DNA from: an uncultured virus (IMG/VR IMGVR_UViG_2873412701_000001)
Taxonomy: Duplodnaviria; Heunggongvirae; Uroviricota; Caudoviricetes
Length of the DNA: 64,000 nucleotides
Strand: one strand, 5' to 3'
IMG/VR virus record: IMGVR_UViG_2873412701_000001
The position numbers and the translations under genes are program-made. This document shows, in pieces, positions 9,252 to 19,232 of this stretch. The notes under the pieces are model-generated. The model was not told where the DNA came from and searched no databases. It saw only the letters and a program-made list of their open reading frames with translations. Positions within the stretch are counted from its first letter, which is position 1. Every line of letters starts with the position of its first letter.

Positions 9252-9436
9252 CTCCCTAGTTAGGGAGTATCCAGAAAATCCCTGAGGCGCAAGAGTCTCT
9301 ATCGGGCCACCTACCTGCATTAACGCAGGCCACGCCCGAAACTGCGTGAAAGTTCATCTAAAACCCACCCCTATCGGACCTGCATCCTCCCTTGCGAGGG
9401 AGGGTTTTTCATGACAGAGTCTCCCTCGTGAGCAAG
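9252..9436. promoter_or_regulatory. Three palindromic operators CTCCCT-N4-AGGGAG
   Basis: 9252-9267, 9387-9402 and a degenerate copy at 9421-9436, between cI and cro. Confidence 0.8.
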
Positions 9437-9493
9437 GAACCCCCTTCCACCAGTGACAACCCCTGCCAACCACCCCCCGAGGGAGGTGAGTAC

Positions 9494-9718
9494 GTGTTCC
9501 GCCTGGACACCGCCAAGATCCTCGAAGTCGCCGCGCTTCACGGCGACAAGACCCGCGCCGCCATCTACCGCCGGACCGGGATCACCGAATCGTCCGTCTA
9601 TCGGATCCTCAACGGCGAGACCCAGCCTGACCTGAACTCGGCCATGCGCCTCGCTGAGGCATATGACGTTGACCTGCGCACCGTCATCAAGCGCGTCCCC
9701 ATCGAGGCCGCCGCGTGA
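9494..9718 (+). CDS. Cro-like HTH regulator
   Basis: GGAGG RBS, GTG start; RTGITESSVYRILNGETQP. Confidence 0.85.
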   Translation: MFRLDTAKILEVAALHGDKTRAAIYRRTGITESSVYRILNGETQPDLNSAMRLAEAYDVDLRTVIKRVPIEAAA

Positions 9719-9933
9719 CCCGCGAACAGCGCCGGGCGCTCCTCGGCGACGCGGCCATCGAGCACATCCACGAAGGCGTCGACGAGGCCGTCCGCGACTT
9801 CACGAACGCGCCGTCCGAGGACAAGGTCGGCCTGATTCGCCGGCTCCGGCCGATCCTCGCGCCGGCTGCGGCCCGCTTGCAGTCCCGCAAGGCGGCTGAA
9901 GCGCCGGCTGCTGCGGCCTCGAAGGCCGCCTGA
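9715..9933 (+). CDS. Hypothetical phage protein
   Basis: GTGA overlap with cro. Confidence 0.65.
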   Translation: MTREQRRALLGDAAIEHIHEGVDEAVRDFTNAPSEDKVGLIRRLRPILAPAAARLQSRKAAEAPAAAASKAA

Positions 9934-10024
9934 TCCCACACATGCCGAAGGCCCGCCCGACTGCCAGGCCCGGCGAGCCCACGACTTTCGGCGACCCCTT
10001 CAACTTCAGAAAGCAGAGGTCACC

Positions 10025-10357
10025 ATGACCGAACAGACTACCGCTCAGAGTAAGACCCATCGCCTGATGGCGGCGCTCTCCGTGGCCGAGCGGCTTACCG
10101 CCGAGTCGCCGATCACGCCGTCGAACCTGCGGGTCGACGGTCACTCCGACTGGGCGGCCCCGTCGATCGGGGTGCTCCTGTACTTCCACCGCGACCCCGA
10201 GGCGGTGCGGGTCTTCGCCGAGCACTTCTCGCTGACGGTGTTGCGGCGAGGCTGTGGCGAGGACGACGAGTACACGCTGGCGGACGGCGTCGTGGACGGT
10301 GTGCCGTTCCGTGCGTGGTCGCTGACCGAGGTCAAGTCTTCGGCGGTGGCGGCATGA
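10025..10357 (+). CDS. Hypothetical phage protein
   Basis: GAGG RBS, operon coupling. Confidence 0.7.
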   Translation: MTEQTTAQSKTHRLMAALSVAERLTAESPITPSNLRVDGHSDWAAPSIGVLLYFHRDPEAVRVFAEHFSLTVLRRGCGEDDEYTLADGVVDGVPFRAWSLTEVKSSAVAA

Positions 10358-10875
10358 GCGCCGACGAGTTGGCGGCTGCGGTCGCGGAGCTGGGCGCCCT
10401 GCCGATGCCGGTGCCGGTCGCGCCGGAGGCGGAGGAGCCTCTGCCGGTGGCGTTCCTGGCGTGCCGGGACTCGCGGGTGCTCGGCCTGTACGGGCAGAGC
10501 GAGGACGCGCTGCACCACTGCGAGAACGCGCTGGGGCGGACCGTCGGGTACAGCGCCGCCACCCCCTTCTCGTGGCGAAAGCGGCCGGGCGGGATCCGCG
10601 AGTTGTACGCGTGGACTTCGCAGGAGGTGTCTTCGGCTACCGGGTTCACCGTGGCGCGGCTGGAGGTGCGTGACGAGTTCGACGAGGGCTGGGGCGCGGA
10701 CGCGGATGTAGTGCCGGATCCTGTCGCGGTCTTGTCGTCGGAGCGTCCGGTGGACGGGCTGACGGCGGTGTTTGTGCCGGTGGCGTCGTTGCGTGAGCCG
10801 GAGCCCGAGTTCTACGGGTCGGTGCATCACGACTGGCGGCTCGGCCGGGACCTGCCCGAGGGCGGCCTCCGATGA
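10354..10875 (+). CDS. Hypothetical phage protein
   Basis: ATGA overlaps at both ends. Confidence 0.65.
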   Translation: MSADELAAAVAELGALPMPVPVAPEAEEPLPVAFLACRDSRVLGLYGQSEDALHHCENALGRTVGYSAATPFSWRKRPGGIRELYAWTSQEVSSATGFTVARLEVRDEFDEGWGADADVVPDPVAVLSSERPVDGLTAVFVPVASLREPEPEFYGSVHHDWRLGRDLPEGGLR

Positions 10876-11126
10876 GCGCCACGCACAGTCTCGCCGAGTG
10901 GGCGTCCGTCCTGTCGCTGGGTGTCTCCGCGATCAGCCTGATCGCGTTCGCCCTGGCGTTCGCGCCCGCCGATGTCGAGTACTTCGACCCGCGTCCGCTT
11001 CTCGGCCGTGCCGGTGACCGGCTGCTCGTCGAGGCCGTGAACGCCCGCCTGGCCCTGCGTGATGCCGCGATCACCTGCGCCGCGCTCCTCGCTCTTCTCA
11101 CCGTCCGACCGGAGGCACTCCGATGA
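10872..11126 (+). CDS. Small membrane protein
   Basis: Hydrophobic segments, ATGA coupling. Confidence 0.65.
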   Translation: MSATHSLAEWASVLSLGVSAISLIAFALAFAPADVEYFDPRPLLGRAGDRLLVEAVNARLALRDAAITCAALLALLTVRPEALR

Positions 11127-11365
11127 CCGAGACCACTGCGCCCATCCCGCTCGACGCCGACGGCGAGGAGCTCGTGGACAGCGCCGAGTACATCGACCGG
11201 CACGGCGACACGTGGCGCTACCTCGGTGGGATCGAGGAGCTCCGTCACGTCAAGCGCGCCGACGAGGACACGCCTGACCCCAACTGTGGCCGCTGGTGCG
11301 AGGACGCGACCGCTGTCGCCCGCGACTTCGGCCCCATGACCAAGGTGACGGAGGCCACCCGATGA
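11123..11365 (+). CDS. Hypothetical phage protein
   Basis: GGAGG RBS; D..GD.W...FGP pattern. Confidence 0.65.
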   Translation: MTETTAPIPLDADGEELVDSAEYIDRHGDTWRYLGGIEELRHVKRADEDTPDPNCGRWCEDATAVARDFGPMTKVTEATR

Positions 11366-11730
11366 CGTACAAGATCGAGGGTCCGACCCCTCTCACCCTC
11401 AAGGCCACCGACGACGGCGCCGAGCTGGGTGTGGCCCCGTTCCTGCGGGCCGTGTTCCTCGACCTGTTCAACGCCGCCGACTCCGACCCCGAGAGCTTCG
11501 CTGCCGAGTTCGCGGAGATGCACGCCCTCGCGCAGTCCGCACAGACGCAAGGCCGGGACTCGCATGCCCGTCACGAGTTCGACGAGCGGATGAACAAGCT
11601 GCTCGACGAGTTCGCGGACGGCGGCACGATCAGCCTGTACGCGGGTGGCCTGCACCAGTTGCGGGACGCGGCGGCGGAGATCACGGCCCCGCGCTCGGTG
11701 CCCGGCCAGCGATCGGCGGGCGCCGCGTGA
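11362..11730 (+). CDS. Hypothetical phage protein
   Basis: GGAGG RBS, ATGA coupling. Confidence 0.65.
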   Translation: MTYKIEGPTPLTLKATDDGAELGVAPFLRAVFLDLFNAADSDPESFAAEFAEMHALAQSAQTQGRDSHARHEFDERMNKLLDEFADGGTISLYAGGLHQLRDAAAEITAPRSVPGQRSAGAA

Positions 11731-12383
11731 ACGCCCGTCGTCACCTCATCGCCGCCCTGTCTGAGGACAGCCTCGGTGGGATCGCCACCCTGGCGGACGT
11801 CGCCCACGCCGAGCAGCTGGTGGACGCCTACCGCGCGGAGATCCTGGCCGAGGCCAAGATCGAGGTTGTCGCCTGGCTGGTGAAGAAGGCCGCCGAGGGC
11901 ACCCCGATCGGGGACCTCGCGTCCAAGGTCGACAGGGGCGCCGTCCGCGCCTTCCTCGGGACGGGCCACTACCGGGACGCCATGGACGCCCACCGCTCCC
12001 GGGTCCTCAACGAGGCCGCCGACTACGTCGAGCAGCGGCGTCTCGCACGCGCCGACATCGTCACCGACTTCGACCGGGGGCGTCGGGCTGCCGAAGGCTG
12101 TGTCGTCGAGGAACTCCGCGAACTCGCCGGTGAGGAGGCCACCGCTGCGGCGGCGACGGCCACTCCCGACGAGAAGTTCTTCGTCCCGGGCCGCGTCTAC
12201 ACCCGCACCAACCGGCTCGGCCTCCACCTCAGGTTCGTGTGCGAGCACCTGACCACCGACCCGAAGGTCGGCGACCGGGAGGCGTGGGGCTGGCTCCACC
12301 GCTCCGACGGCACCCGCCGCATGGAACGCCTGTGGGACCACGACTACCCCCGCTGGACGGAGGCGGGTGAAGGCCGTGGATGA
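11727..12383 (+). CDS. Hypothetical phage protein
   Basis: GTGA coupling, high GC3. Confidence 0.7.
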   Translation: MNARRHLIAALSEDSLGGIATLADVAHAEQLVDAYRAEILAEAKIEVVAWLVKKAAEGTPIGDLASKVDRGAVRAFLGTGHYRDAMDAHRSRVLNEAADYVEQRRLARADIVTDFDRGRRAAEGCVVEELRELAGEEATAAAATATPDEKFFVPGRVYTRTNRLGLHLRFVCEHLTTDPKVGDREAWGWLHRSDGTRRMERLWDHDYPRWTEAGEGRG

Positions 12384-12606
12384 GCGTCCTCGCCGCCTCA
12401 GTCTCCTCGCCGAGATCCACCGTATCGGCGGCGAGATCACCTCCGGTCAGGCCCACCGCTTCTACCGGGCGACCGGCTGGGGCCCGTCCCGGAGCACGGC
12501 CCGCGGCGACCTCCAGTACTACGCCCGCCGCGGCGTCCTCGTGCAACGCGGCCCCGACAACGGGCGCCTGTACACCCTCGCACCCCAGAAAGGCGGCACC
12601 GCCTGA
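12367..12606 (+). CDS. Small winged-HTH-like protein
   Basis: SRSTARGDLQYYARRGVL. Confidence 0.6.
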   Translation: MKAVDERPRRLSLLAEIHRIGGEITSGQAHRFYRATGWGPSRSTARGDLQYYARRGVLVQRGPDNGRLYTLAPQKGGTA

Positions 12607-13529
12607 TGGCAACCGTCGCGCAGGCCGGGGTTGACGCCCCGGCCGCCGGCCCCACCGTCCTCGGCTTCTTCGAGCCGGGTTCGGATCAGTGGCACGCCGC
12701 CCGAGCGAACGGCATCGGCGGCAGCGAGATCGCCGCCGTGATGGGCCTGTCTCCGTACGAGTCCCGGTTCTCCCTCTGGCACCGCAAGAAGGGCCTGATC
12801 GGCCCGGTAGAGGAGAGCGACGTCATGTACTGGGGGAAGATCCACGAGCCCGCGATCTGCGCCGAGTTCGCCAAGCGGCACCCCGACGGCGAAGTCCGCC
12901 CGTCGCCCACGTACGCCGCGGCCGGACGGCCGTGGCAGGTCGTCAACCCAGACCGTCTGATCCTCGATGGCGAGTGGAAGACGACGGCGATCGTCGAGGC
13001 CAAGACGAGCCGCGACGCCGAGGGCTGGGGCGAGGAGGGCACCGCCGAAATCCCGGTGCACTACCGGGCCCAGTGCCAGTGGTACATGGACGCCCTGGTC
13101 GTGCCCCGCTGCCACGTCGCGGTGCTGATCGCCGGGTCGGAGTACCGCGAGTACGTCGTCGACTACGACCCCGCCGACGCCTTGAAGATGCGGGAAGCCG
13201 CCACCGAGTTCATGCGGACCCTCGCCGACGACGAGCGCCCCAGCATCGACGGTCACTCCGCGACGTACCAGGCGATCCGCGAGATCCCTGAGGGCATGGA
13301 CCCGGTCGACGTGGAGATCCCCACCCTGCTGCGCGACCGCTTCTACGCCGCCCAAGACGCCGCTTGGACCGCCGAGGACGAGCTGACTGCCTGCAAGGGC
13401 GAGCTTCTCGACGCGGTCGGTACTGGCCAGCGGGCCGTCTGCGAAGGACAGCGCATCGCTACCCGCACCGTCCGCAACGGCTCCACCTACTCCCTCATGC
13501 CTGCCCGAACCCGAAGGAACGCCCGATGA
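12606..13529 (+). CDS. YqaJ/lambda-exonuclease family recombination exonuclease
   Basis: W..AR..GIGGSE, G..HEP, NPD, EAKT, Y..QCQWYM. Confidence 0.93.
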   Translation: MATVAQAGVDAPAAGPTVLGFFEPGSDQWHAARANGIGGSEIAAVMGLSPYESRFSLWHRKKGLIGPVEESDVMYWGKIHEPAICAEFAKRHPDGEVRPSPTYAAAGRPWQVVNPDRLILDGEWKTTAIVEAKTSRDAEGWGEEGTAEIPVHYRAQCQWYMDALVVPRCHVAVLIAGSEYREYVVDYDPADALKMREAATEFMRTLADDERPSIDGHSATYQAIREIPEGMDPVDVEIPTLLRDRFYAAQDAAWTAEDELTACKGELLDAVGTGQRAVCEGQRIATRTVRNGSTYSLMPARTRRNAR

Positions 13530-14401
13530 CCGACAACACCGTCTCCAATGCCGTCGCCGTCCGTGATGCCGGCCCCGGCGCCATGGTCGAGCAGTACCGC
13601 GAGGAGTACGCCGCCCTCGTCCCCTCCCACGTCAACGCCGACCAATGGGTCCGCCTCGCCGTCGGAGCCATCCGCGGCAACCGTGACCTGGAGCAGGCCG
13701 CCAAGACCGACATCGGCGTGTTCCTGCGGGAGCTGAAGATCGCCGCCCGTCTCGGCCTGGAGCCCGGCACCGAGCAGTTCTACCTCACGCCCCGCAAGTC
13801 GAAGGCCCACCGAGGCCAGAAGATCATCAAGGGGATCGTCGGCTACCAGGGAATCATCGAGCTGATCTACCGGGCCGGCGCCGTGTCCTCCGTCGTCGTC
13901 GAGACCGTCCGCCAACGCGACACCTTCCGGTACGTCATCGGCCGCGACGAGCGCCCCGTCCACGACGTCGACTGGTTCGGCGGCGAGCGCGGCGACCTGG
14001 TCGGCGTGTACGCGTACGCGGTCATGAAGGACGGCGCCACCAGCAAGGTCGTCATCCTCAACCGGGCGCAGGTCATGTCGGCGAAGGCGAAGTCCGACGG
14101 CCGCAACAGCGAGTTCTCCCCGTGGAACACCAACGAGGAAGCGATGTGGCTGAAGACAGCCGCCCGCCGCCTCGCCAAGTGGGTGCCGACGTCCGCCGAG
14201 TTCATGCGCGAGCAGCTCCGGGCGCAAGCCGAGGTCGCCGCCGAGCTGCCGTCCGGGTTCGCCCCGGCGCTCCCGCAACCGCAGGTCGACCTGCCCGATG
14301 ACGGCGACGACGCCATGGACGACGAGGGCCCGATCGAGGGCGAGTTCGTCGACGACGAGCCCGGCCAGCAGTGGCCTGCCGTCGCCCAACCGCCTGCCTG
14401 A
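13526..14401 (+). CDS. recT: RecT-family single-strand annealing protein
   Basis: LGLEPG..FYL.P, GYQG.IEL..R, SPW....EAMW.KTA.RRL.KW.P, acidic tail. Confidence 0.92.
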   Translation: MTDNTVSNAVAVRDAGPGAMVEQYREEYAALVPSHVNADQWVRLAVGAIRGNRDLEQAAKTDIGVFLRELKIAARLGLEPGTEQFYLTPRKSKAHRGQKIIKGIVGYQGIIELIYRAGAVSSVVVETVRQRDTFRYVIGRDERPVHDVDWFGGERGDLVGVYAYAVMKDGATSKVVILNRAQVMSAKAKSDGRNSEFSPWNTNEEAMWLKTAARRLAKWVPTSAEFMREQLRAQAEVAAELPSGFAPALPQPQVDLPDDGDDAMDDEGPIEGEFVDDEPGQQWPAVAQPPA

Positions 14402-14473
14402 CCCCTCGCCCTTGCCGAGCTCCCGCCCGCCGATAACAGGCGGGGGCTCGGCCTCCCCTAGGAGACCACGCCC

Positions 14474-15322
14474 ATGACCCACACCGAACCTCCCTGGTTC
14501 ACCCAGAGGCTTGCGGCCCTCGACTTCGAGTGCTCCGACAAAGTGCCGGAGACCGCCCGCATCGTGTCCTGCGCCCTGATCCTCGTCGGCGGCGGACTGC
14601 CCACCGACACCCGCACCTGGCTGGTCAACCCGGGTATCGCGCAGGAGCCGGGCGCGATCGCCGTGCACAAGCTGACGGATGAGCACCTCGCCGAGCACGG
14701 CACGCCGGCTCCGGAAGCGGTCGGGGAGATCGCCAAGTCGGTGGCCGAAGTCGTCGCCGCGGGGACGCCGTTGGTTGGCCACAATCTCGGAAGTTTCGAT
14801 TTGAACCTTCTGAACCACGAGTGCATGCGCCACCTCGGCGACAGCCTCGAAGGCGTCTGCCGGCAGCCCCTCACCCGCGTGCTGGACACGATGGTGCTGG
14901 ACAAGCACGCCGCCCCGTACCGGCGGCGCGTGTCGGAGAAGCAGGGCCCGTACCAGATGCGGACCACCGCCGAGACGTACGAGCTGCCCTGGGACGAGAG
15001 CGCGGCTCACGGCGCCGAGTACGACGCCCTGATGTCCGCCCGTGCCGCGTACCGGATCGGGATCATCGCCCACACCCCGCCCGAGCACCGGCCCGACTGG
15101 GTCAAGGCGCTCCGCAACCGGCGCGGCCCGTACGACCGGTTCGACGACCTCGCCAACGTCACCGTCGAAGGCCTGCACCAGCGGCAGATCCGGTGGGCGG
15201 CCGACGACGCGGCCTCCTACCAGGCGTGGCTGCGAGACCCGGCCAAGAGCGGGGACAAGCACAACCCGGACGCGGTCATCGACGGCACCTGGCCGCTGCG
15301 CCCGATCGGCGGTGCGTCGTGA
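14474..15322 (+). CDS. DnaQ-like DEDDh 3'-5' exonuclease
   Basis: DFE, GHN..FD, AH.A.YD. Confidence 0.9.
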   Translation: MTHTEPPWFTQRLAALDFECSDKVPETARIVSCALILVGGGLPTDTRTWLVNPGIAQEPGAIAVHKLTDEHLAEHGTPAPEAVGEIAKSVAEVVAAGTPLVGHNLGSFDLNLLNHECMRHLGDSLEGVCRQPLTRVLDTMVLDKHAAPYRRRVSEKQGPYQMRTTAETYELPWDESAAHGAEYDALMSARAAYRIGIIAHTPPEHRPDWVKALRNRRGPYDRFDDLANVTVEGLHQRQIRWAADDAASYQAWLRDPAKSGDKHNPDAVIDGTWPLRPIGGAS

Positions 15323-15606
15323 CGAGCCCGATCCGTTTCCTGCGTCAGGTCGTCGCCCCGAACGGCCGGCACCGTCTCCGGCCGGTGTTGCTGCCCGACG
15401 AGCCGATCCCGCCGCGCGCGGAGCCTGTCCCGCACGTGGTCCTCGACGAGGACGAGTTGCTGCGGCTCCTCGACGAGGACAAGGCTGAGGTGTTGGAGTG
15501 CGCGGACTGCCCGGTCTGTGACCGGCTCACCGCGCACGCCGTGAGCCCGGACAGCCGGCGCTGCTGGGTGTGCGGCACCGAGTCCCCCGCAGGGGGCGTC
15601 CGGTGA
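15319..15606 (+). CDS. Zinc-ribbon protein
   Basis: CPVC...CWVC. Confidence 0.6.
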   Translation: MTSPIRFLRQVVAPNGRHRLRPVLLPDEPIPPRAEPVPHVVLDEDELLRLLDEDKAEVLECADCPVCDRLTAHAVSPDSRRCWVCGTESPAGGVR

Positions 15607-15887
15607 GCCTCGACGCGAAGACGTTGGACGTGTTCATCAGCGTCCCCACAAACACCGCCGAGACCCGCCGCGCGGCCGCCCTGCACGTCGCCTCCAAGGC
15701 CGTCGACAAAGCAGACGCCACCCAACTGCTGGCCGCACTCGGGCTCCTGCCTCGCGCACATCCGGCGGTCCTCCGCGCGGACGAGCACGGCATGCGCGGC
15801 TGGCGGTTCGGCTGCCGCTGCACGGTGTGCCGGAAAGCGAAGTCGGACGACAACCGGCGGAGCGCGAAGAACGGGGGCGCGGCATGA
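15603..15887 (+). CDS. Hypothetical protein with HG...GCRCxxC motif
   Basis: GTGA coupling; Cys motif. Confidence 0.6.
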   Translation: MSLDAKTLDVFISVPTNTAETRRAAALHVASKAVDKADATQLLAALGLLPRAHPAVLRADEHGMRGWRFGCRCTVCRKAKSDDNRRSAKNGGAA

Positions 15888-16132
15888 GGGACGCCCTTCT
15901 CTTCCTCGGCTGCTGGCTGGTCCTGGGCATCGTCGCCGCGGTCCTGTTCGGCCGTCACGCGCGCCGCCGCCCGTACCTCGCCGCCCGCTGGGACGACGGC
16001 GCAGGCGACTGGGCCGACGAGACGCCGACCGCCGGCAGCCCGGCCGACCTCGACGCGCTCGAACTCCTGTGGGACCTGCCCACGTACAGCGGCGGCGACC
16101 ACACCACCACCAACCCGACGGGGGACCAGTGA
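15884..16132 (+). CDS. Small membrane protein
   Basis: N-terminal TM helix. Confidence 0.55.
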   Translation: MRDALLFLGCWLVLGIVAAVLFGRHARRRPYLAARWDDGAGDWADETPTAGSPADLDALELLWDLPTYSGGDHTTTNPTGDQ

Positions 16133-16455
16133 CCACGCCCACCACCACCGAGCTGCTCGCCGACCTCGAACGCGCCCGCTCGATCGCGGTCGCCTTGGAG
16201 CAGCAGCTCGCGCTCGCCACCGTCCTGGAGATCCCGCGCCCGGGCACCGGCATCCCGCTGCAACTCCGCCGCAGCCACGGCCACACCGACCGCTGGGCCA
16301 TCTGCGACCGCGAGGGCCGCCGCTGGCACCGCGAGCACGGCTGGGTCTACGAGTCGCAGGGCATCCGCGACGAGGCGCAGCGCGACGACACCCGGTACAC
16401 GCTCGACGAGGCGCTTCCCCTGGCCCAGCAGCTCGCCAAGGACGGTGCCGAATGA
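16129..16455 (+). CDS. Hypothetical phage protein
   Basis: GTGA coupling. Confidence 0.65.
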   Translation: MTTPTTTELLADLERARSIAVALEQQLALATVLEIPRPGTGIPLQLRRSHGHTDRWAICDREGRRWHREHGWVYESQGIRDEAQRDDTRYTLDEALPLAQQLAKDGAE

Positions 16456-16967
16456 GCCTGCTCAACTGCGAGGCACCGGCCGCCACCACGGCGGCCGGGC
16501 CCCCGGCCTACACCATCACCCTGCCCGCCGGCCTGAAGCTCCTCAACTCCAACCAGCGCCTCCACCACAGGCCCAAGGGCGAACGCACCGCCGAACTCCG
16601 CGCCGCCGCCATGGAAGCCGTCAGCGACAACCCGACCCTCATGGCTGCTCTCGCCGCCGCGAAGCCCGGCCCGCTGTTCCAGCGCGCTCACATCCTCGGC
16701 ATCCTCCACCCGGCCACCAACGGCCGCTGCGACCCCGCGAACTGGTACCCCAGCTTCAAGGCCGCGGTCGACGGGATCGTCGACGCGGGCCTCCTCGACG
16801 ACGACGACCACACCCGCGTCGTCGGCCCGGACATGCGGCTCGGGACGAAGGTGAAGGGCGGCCAGCTCGTCCTCGTCGTACGCGGCCTGGGGCCGGGCGA
16901 GGACCTGCTGGACACGGTCGGGCTGGCTGGCTGCCAGTGGCCCGACCACGAGCAGGTGACCCGATGA
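16452..16967 (+). CDS. RusA-like Holliday junction resolvase
   Basis: LNSN.R.H, D..N...S.KA.VDG.VDAG...DD. Confidence 0.8.
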   Translation: MSLLNCEAPAATTAAGPPAYTITLPAGLKLLNSNQRLHHRPKGERTAELRAAAMEAVSDNPTLMAALAAAKPGPLFQRAHILGILHPATNGRCDPANWYPSFKAAVDGIVDAGLLDDDDHTRVVGPDMRLGTKVKGGQLVLVVRGLGPGEDLLDTVGLAGCQWPDHEQVTR

Positions 16968-17623
16968 CTCTCGGATCCGTACACGGCCTCACCAGCCCCC
17001 GCCCCGCCGACTGGCGCGCCACCGCCCCCTGCAAGGACGACGCGGACGCCATGTTCCCCAGCAGCAAGGGCGCCGAGATCGAGCACGCCAAGTCGTTCTG
17101 CCGCCGCTGCCCCGCCATCGAACGCTGCCGGGACTGGGCTATCGACACCCGCGAAATCTATGGCGTCTGGGGCGGCCTCACCGAAGACGAACGCTGGGAA
17201 ATCTTCCGCCAAACCCCCCAGCCCCACCGCGCCGCCCAGCCCCCCGGGCCCCGGGTCCCGCCGCCCGACTCCCTCGGTGAACTGTTCGCCCGGCACGCCA
17301 ACCCGTCCACAGGCGGACACCTGATGTGGATCGGCGCGAAGACACCGATCTACCAGGGCCGGCAGTTCACGCCGGGGCAGGTCGCGTTCATCGCCGACCG
17401 CGGCCGCAACCCGCAGGGGCTGGTGCAGCGGACGTGCGAGGTCCGCGGGTGTGTGCAGCCGGCACATCTGGAGGACGACACCGAGCGGCAGCGCTGCGGC
17501 ACGCGGCCGGGATACAACCGGCACCGCCGTAACGGTGAGGCGCCGTGCGCCGACTGCCGTCAGGCGAACGCGGACGCCGACAACCGGCTCCGTAGGACCG
17601 GCACCACGAAGGTCGCCGTCTGA
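16964..17623 (+). CDS. WhiB-family regulator fused to extra Cys/His domains
   Basis: W...A.C...CRRCP....C...GVWGGLTEDER. Confidence 0.88.
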   Translation: MTLGSVHGLTSPRPADWRATAPCKDDADAMFPSSKGAEIEHAKSFCRRCPAIERCRDWAIDTREIYGVWGGLTEDERWEIFRQTPQPHRAAQPPGPRVPPPDSLGELFARHANPSTGGHLMWIGAKTPIYQGRQFTPGQVAFIADRGRNPQGLVQRTCEVRGCVQPAHLEDDTERQRCGTRPGYNRHRRNGEAPCADCRQANADADNRLRRTGTTKVAV

Positions 17624-18063
17624 TGGCCGGCCCCCCGGGCGTGCCGCGCGCCGACATCGTCGCCCTCCTCCACGACGGCCACTCCGACCGGTACATCGGC
17701 CGCACCCTCCACACCAACCCGAAGCGGGCCGCCCGGATCCGTACCGAACTCGGCCTCCCCAAATCGGTGCGCATCCAAGGCACCGCCATCGAACACAAGT
17801 GGAACAAGTGGACACACCCCGTCACCGGCGGTCACATCCGCTGGACCGGCGCCGTCCGTGGCATCACCCCCAACCTCGTCCACCGCAAGCGGAACTACTC
17901 CGCCCGCCGGGTCGGCTTCCAGCTTGAGCACGGCCGGCTGCCGGTCGGCCGTGTGCTGCCGGGCTGCGGCCAGTCGTGGTGTGTGGCGCCAGCGCATGCG
18001 ACGGACGAGCCGATGCGTCGGGCAGACGCCATGTACCGGCGGATCTTCGGGCGGGCGGCCTGA
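17623..18063 (+). CDS. HTH plus degenerate HNH-like protein
   Basis: GH..WTG...CG...CV.P.H. Confidence 0.65.
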   Translation: MAGPPGVPRADIVALLHDGHSDRYIGRTLHTNPKRAARIRTELGLPKSVRIQGTAIEHKWNKWTHPVTGGHIRWTGAVRGITPNLVHRKRNYSARRVGFQLEHGRLPVGRVLPGCGQSWCVAPAHATDEPMRRADAMYRRIFGRAA

Positions 18064-18254
18064 TGCCCGGCCCGTGGCGTGGCGGGATCGCTGTACGGCG
18101 GATGGACCGCGGCCAGGTAGCCGTCGCGGACTTCCTGTGCGCCGTGTGCATGCATCACCGCCGGGTCACGGGCCGGGCCATGGTCGTCGACTTCCTCAAC
18201 TCCTCCCCGATCGAAGCGCACCGGACGGTGTGCACCCGAAAGGACAACCCGTGA
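18063..18254 (+). CDS. Small zinc-finger protein
   Basis: CxxC...HxxxC. Confidence 0.55.
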   Translation: MPGPWRGGIAVRRMDRGQVAVADFLCAVCMHHRRVTGRAMVVDFLNSSPIEAHRTVCTRKDNP

Positions 18255-18403
18255 ACCGCTTCCTCCTCGGCCTGCTCCTCGGAGCGAGTGCCGCCCTCAT
18301 CACCTGGGTGATCTCGTCCAGCCACCTGTGGACCGCCGTGATCGGCCTCGTCGTCGCGGTCCTCGTCTGGTTCGGCGAGTTCCTCCTCGACGACCTCATC
18401 TGA
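18251..18403 (+). CDS. Small two-TM membrane protein
   Basis: AAGGA RBS; 50 aa, hydrophobic. Confidence 0.6.
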   Translation: MNRFLLGLLLGASAALITWVISSSHLWTAVIGLVVAVLVWFGEFLLDDLI

Positions 18404-18465
18404 CCCGCCCCAACCACAGCGCCCGCCGGGGGCTATCCGGCGGGCACCACCCCAAGGAGAACACC

Positions 18466-18915
18466 GTGACTGACCGCCCGTACACCGACGAAGACCTCCG
18501 CACCGAAGCCGCCCGCCAGCACGTCGCCCTCACCGAGGACCCCGACTTCATGGGCGTCGGCGAGCAGATGGAAGACGCTCCCGTCCCGTCGACCGAGGAC
18601 GGCGACACGTCACTGACGTGGACGGAGCTCCTCGTCCCGCAGGGCGCGGGGGCCAGCTACGAAGCGTTCGGCGAGGCACAGCGGCAGATCCACGACCTGA
18701 TCAACGGCGCGGCCGACGTGTCCGAGTGGGCGATCAACCTCGGCGCCGACGGGCTGGAGCCCAGCGACGAGCACCTGATCACCGTCAACGCCGACAACGG
18801 GGTCGAGCGGCCCATCGTCCGCATCCACTTCGCGTTCGAACCCGGCATGCCCGAGGAGATGCGGACCGCGTTCGTGCAGGGCATCGGCCAGGCCCTCGAC
18901 GCCCACCTGAGCTAA
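18466..18915 (+). CDS. Hypothetical phage protein
   Basis: AAGGAG RBS, GTG start. Confidence 0.7.
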   Translation: MTDRPYTDEDLRTEAARQHVALTEDPDFMGVGEQMEDAPVPSTEDGDTSLTWTELLVPQGAGASYEAFGEAQRQIHDLINGAADVSEWAINLGADGLEPSDEHLITVNADNGVERPIVRIHFAFEPGMPEEMRTAFVQGIGQALDAHLS

Positions 18916-19022
18916 CCGACCGGCGGCTGCACCTCCCCCCAGCAGCCGCCACCGGGCCCGCTCCTCACCTCCCCCAACGAGGGGCGGGCCCGGACCACCA
19001 GCCACCACGAGAGGAGCCCTCG

Positions 19023-19232
19023 ATGAGGGACTACAAGCCCGGCACCCAACTCACCGGCGACGTCCGTACCGCAGCCCGCGACAAGGCCGCCGAACTGTAC
19101 GGGCAAGGCTGCACGATCCGCTCCGTCGCCCAGCAACTCGGCCGCTCCTACGGCGGCACACGCGTCCTCCTCCTCGAAGCCGGCGTCACCCTCCGCGGGC
19201 GCGGCGGCGGCATCCGGAAGGCGGCCGTCTGA
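19023..19232 (+). CDS. Small HTH protein
   Basis: Y..G.TIRSVA..LGRSYG....LL.EAGV.LR.RGG. Confidence 0.8.
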   Translation: MRDYKPGTQLTGDVRTAARDKAAELYGQGCTIRSVAQQLGRSYGGTRVLLLEAGVTLRGRGGGIRKAAV

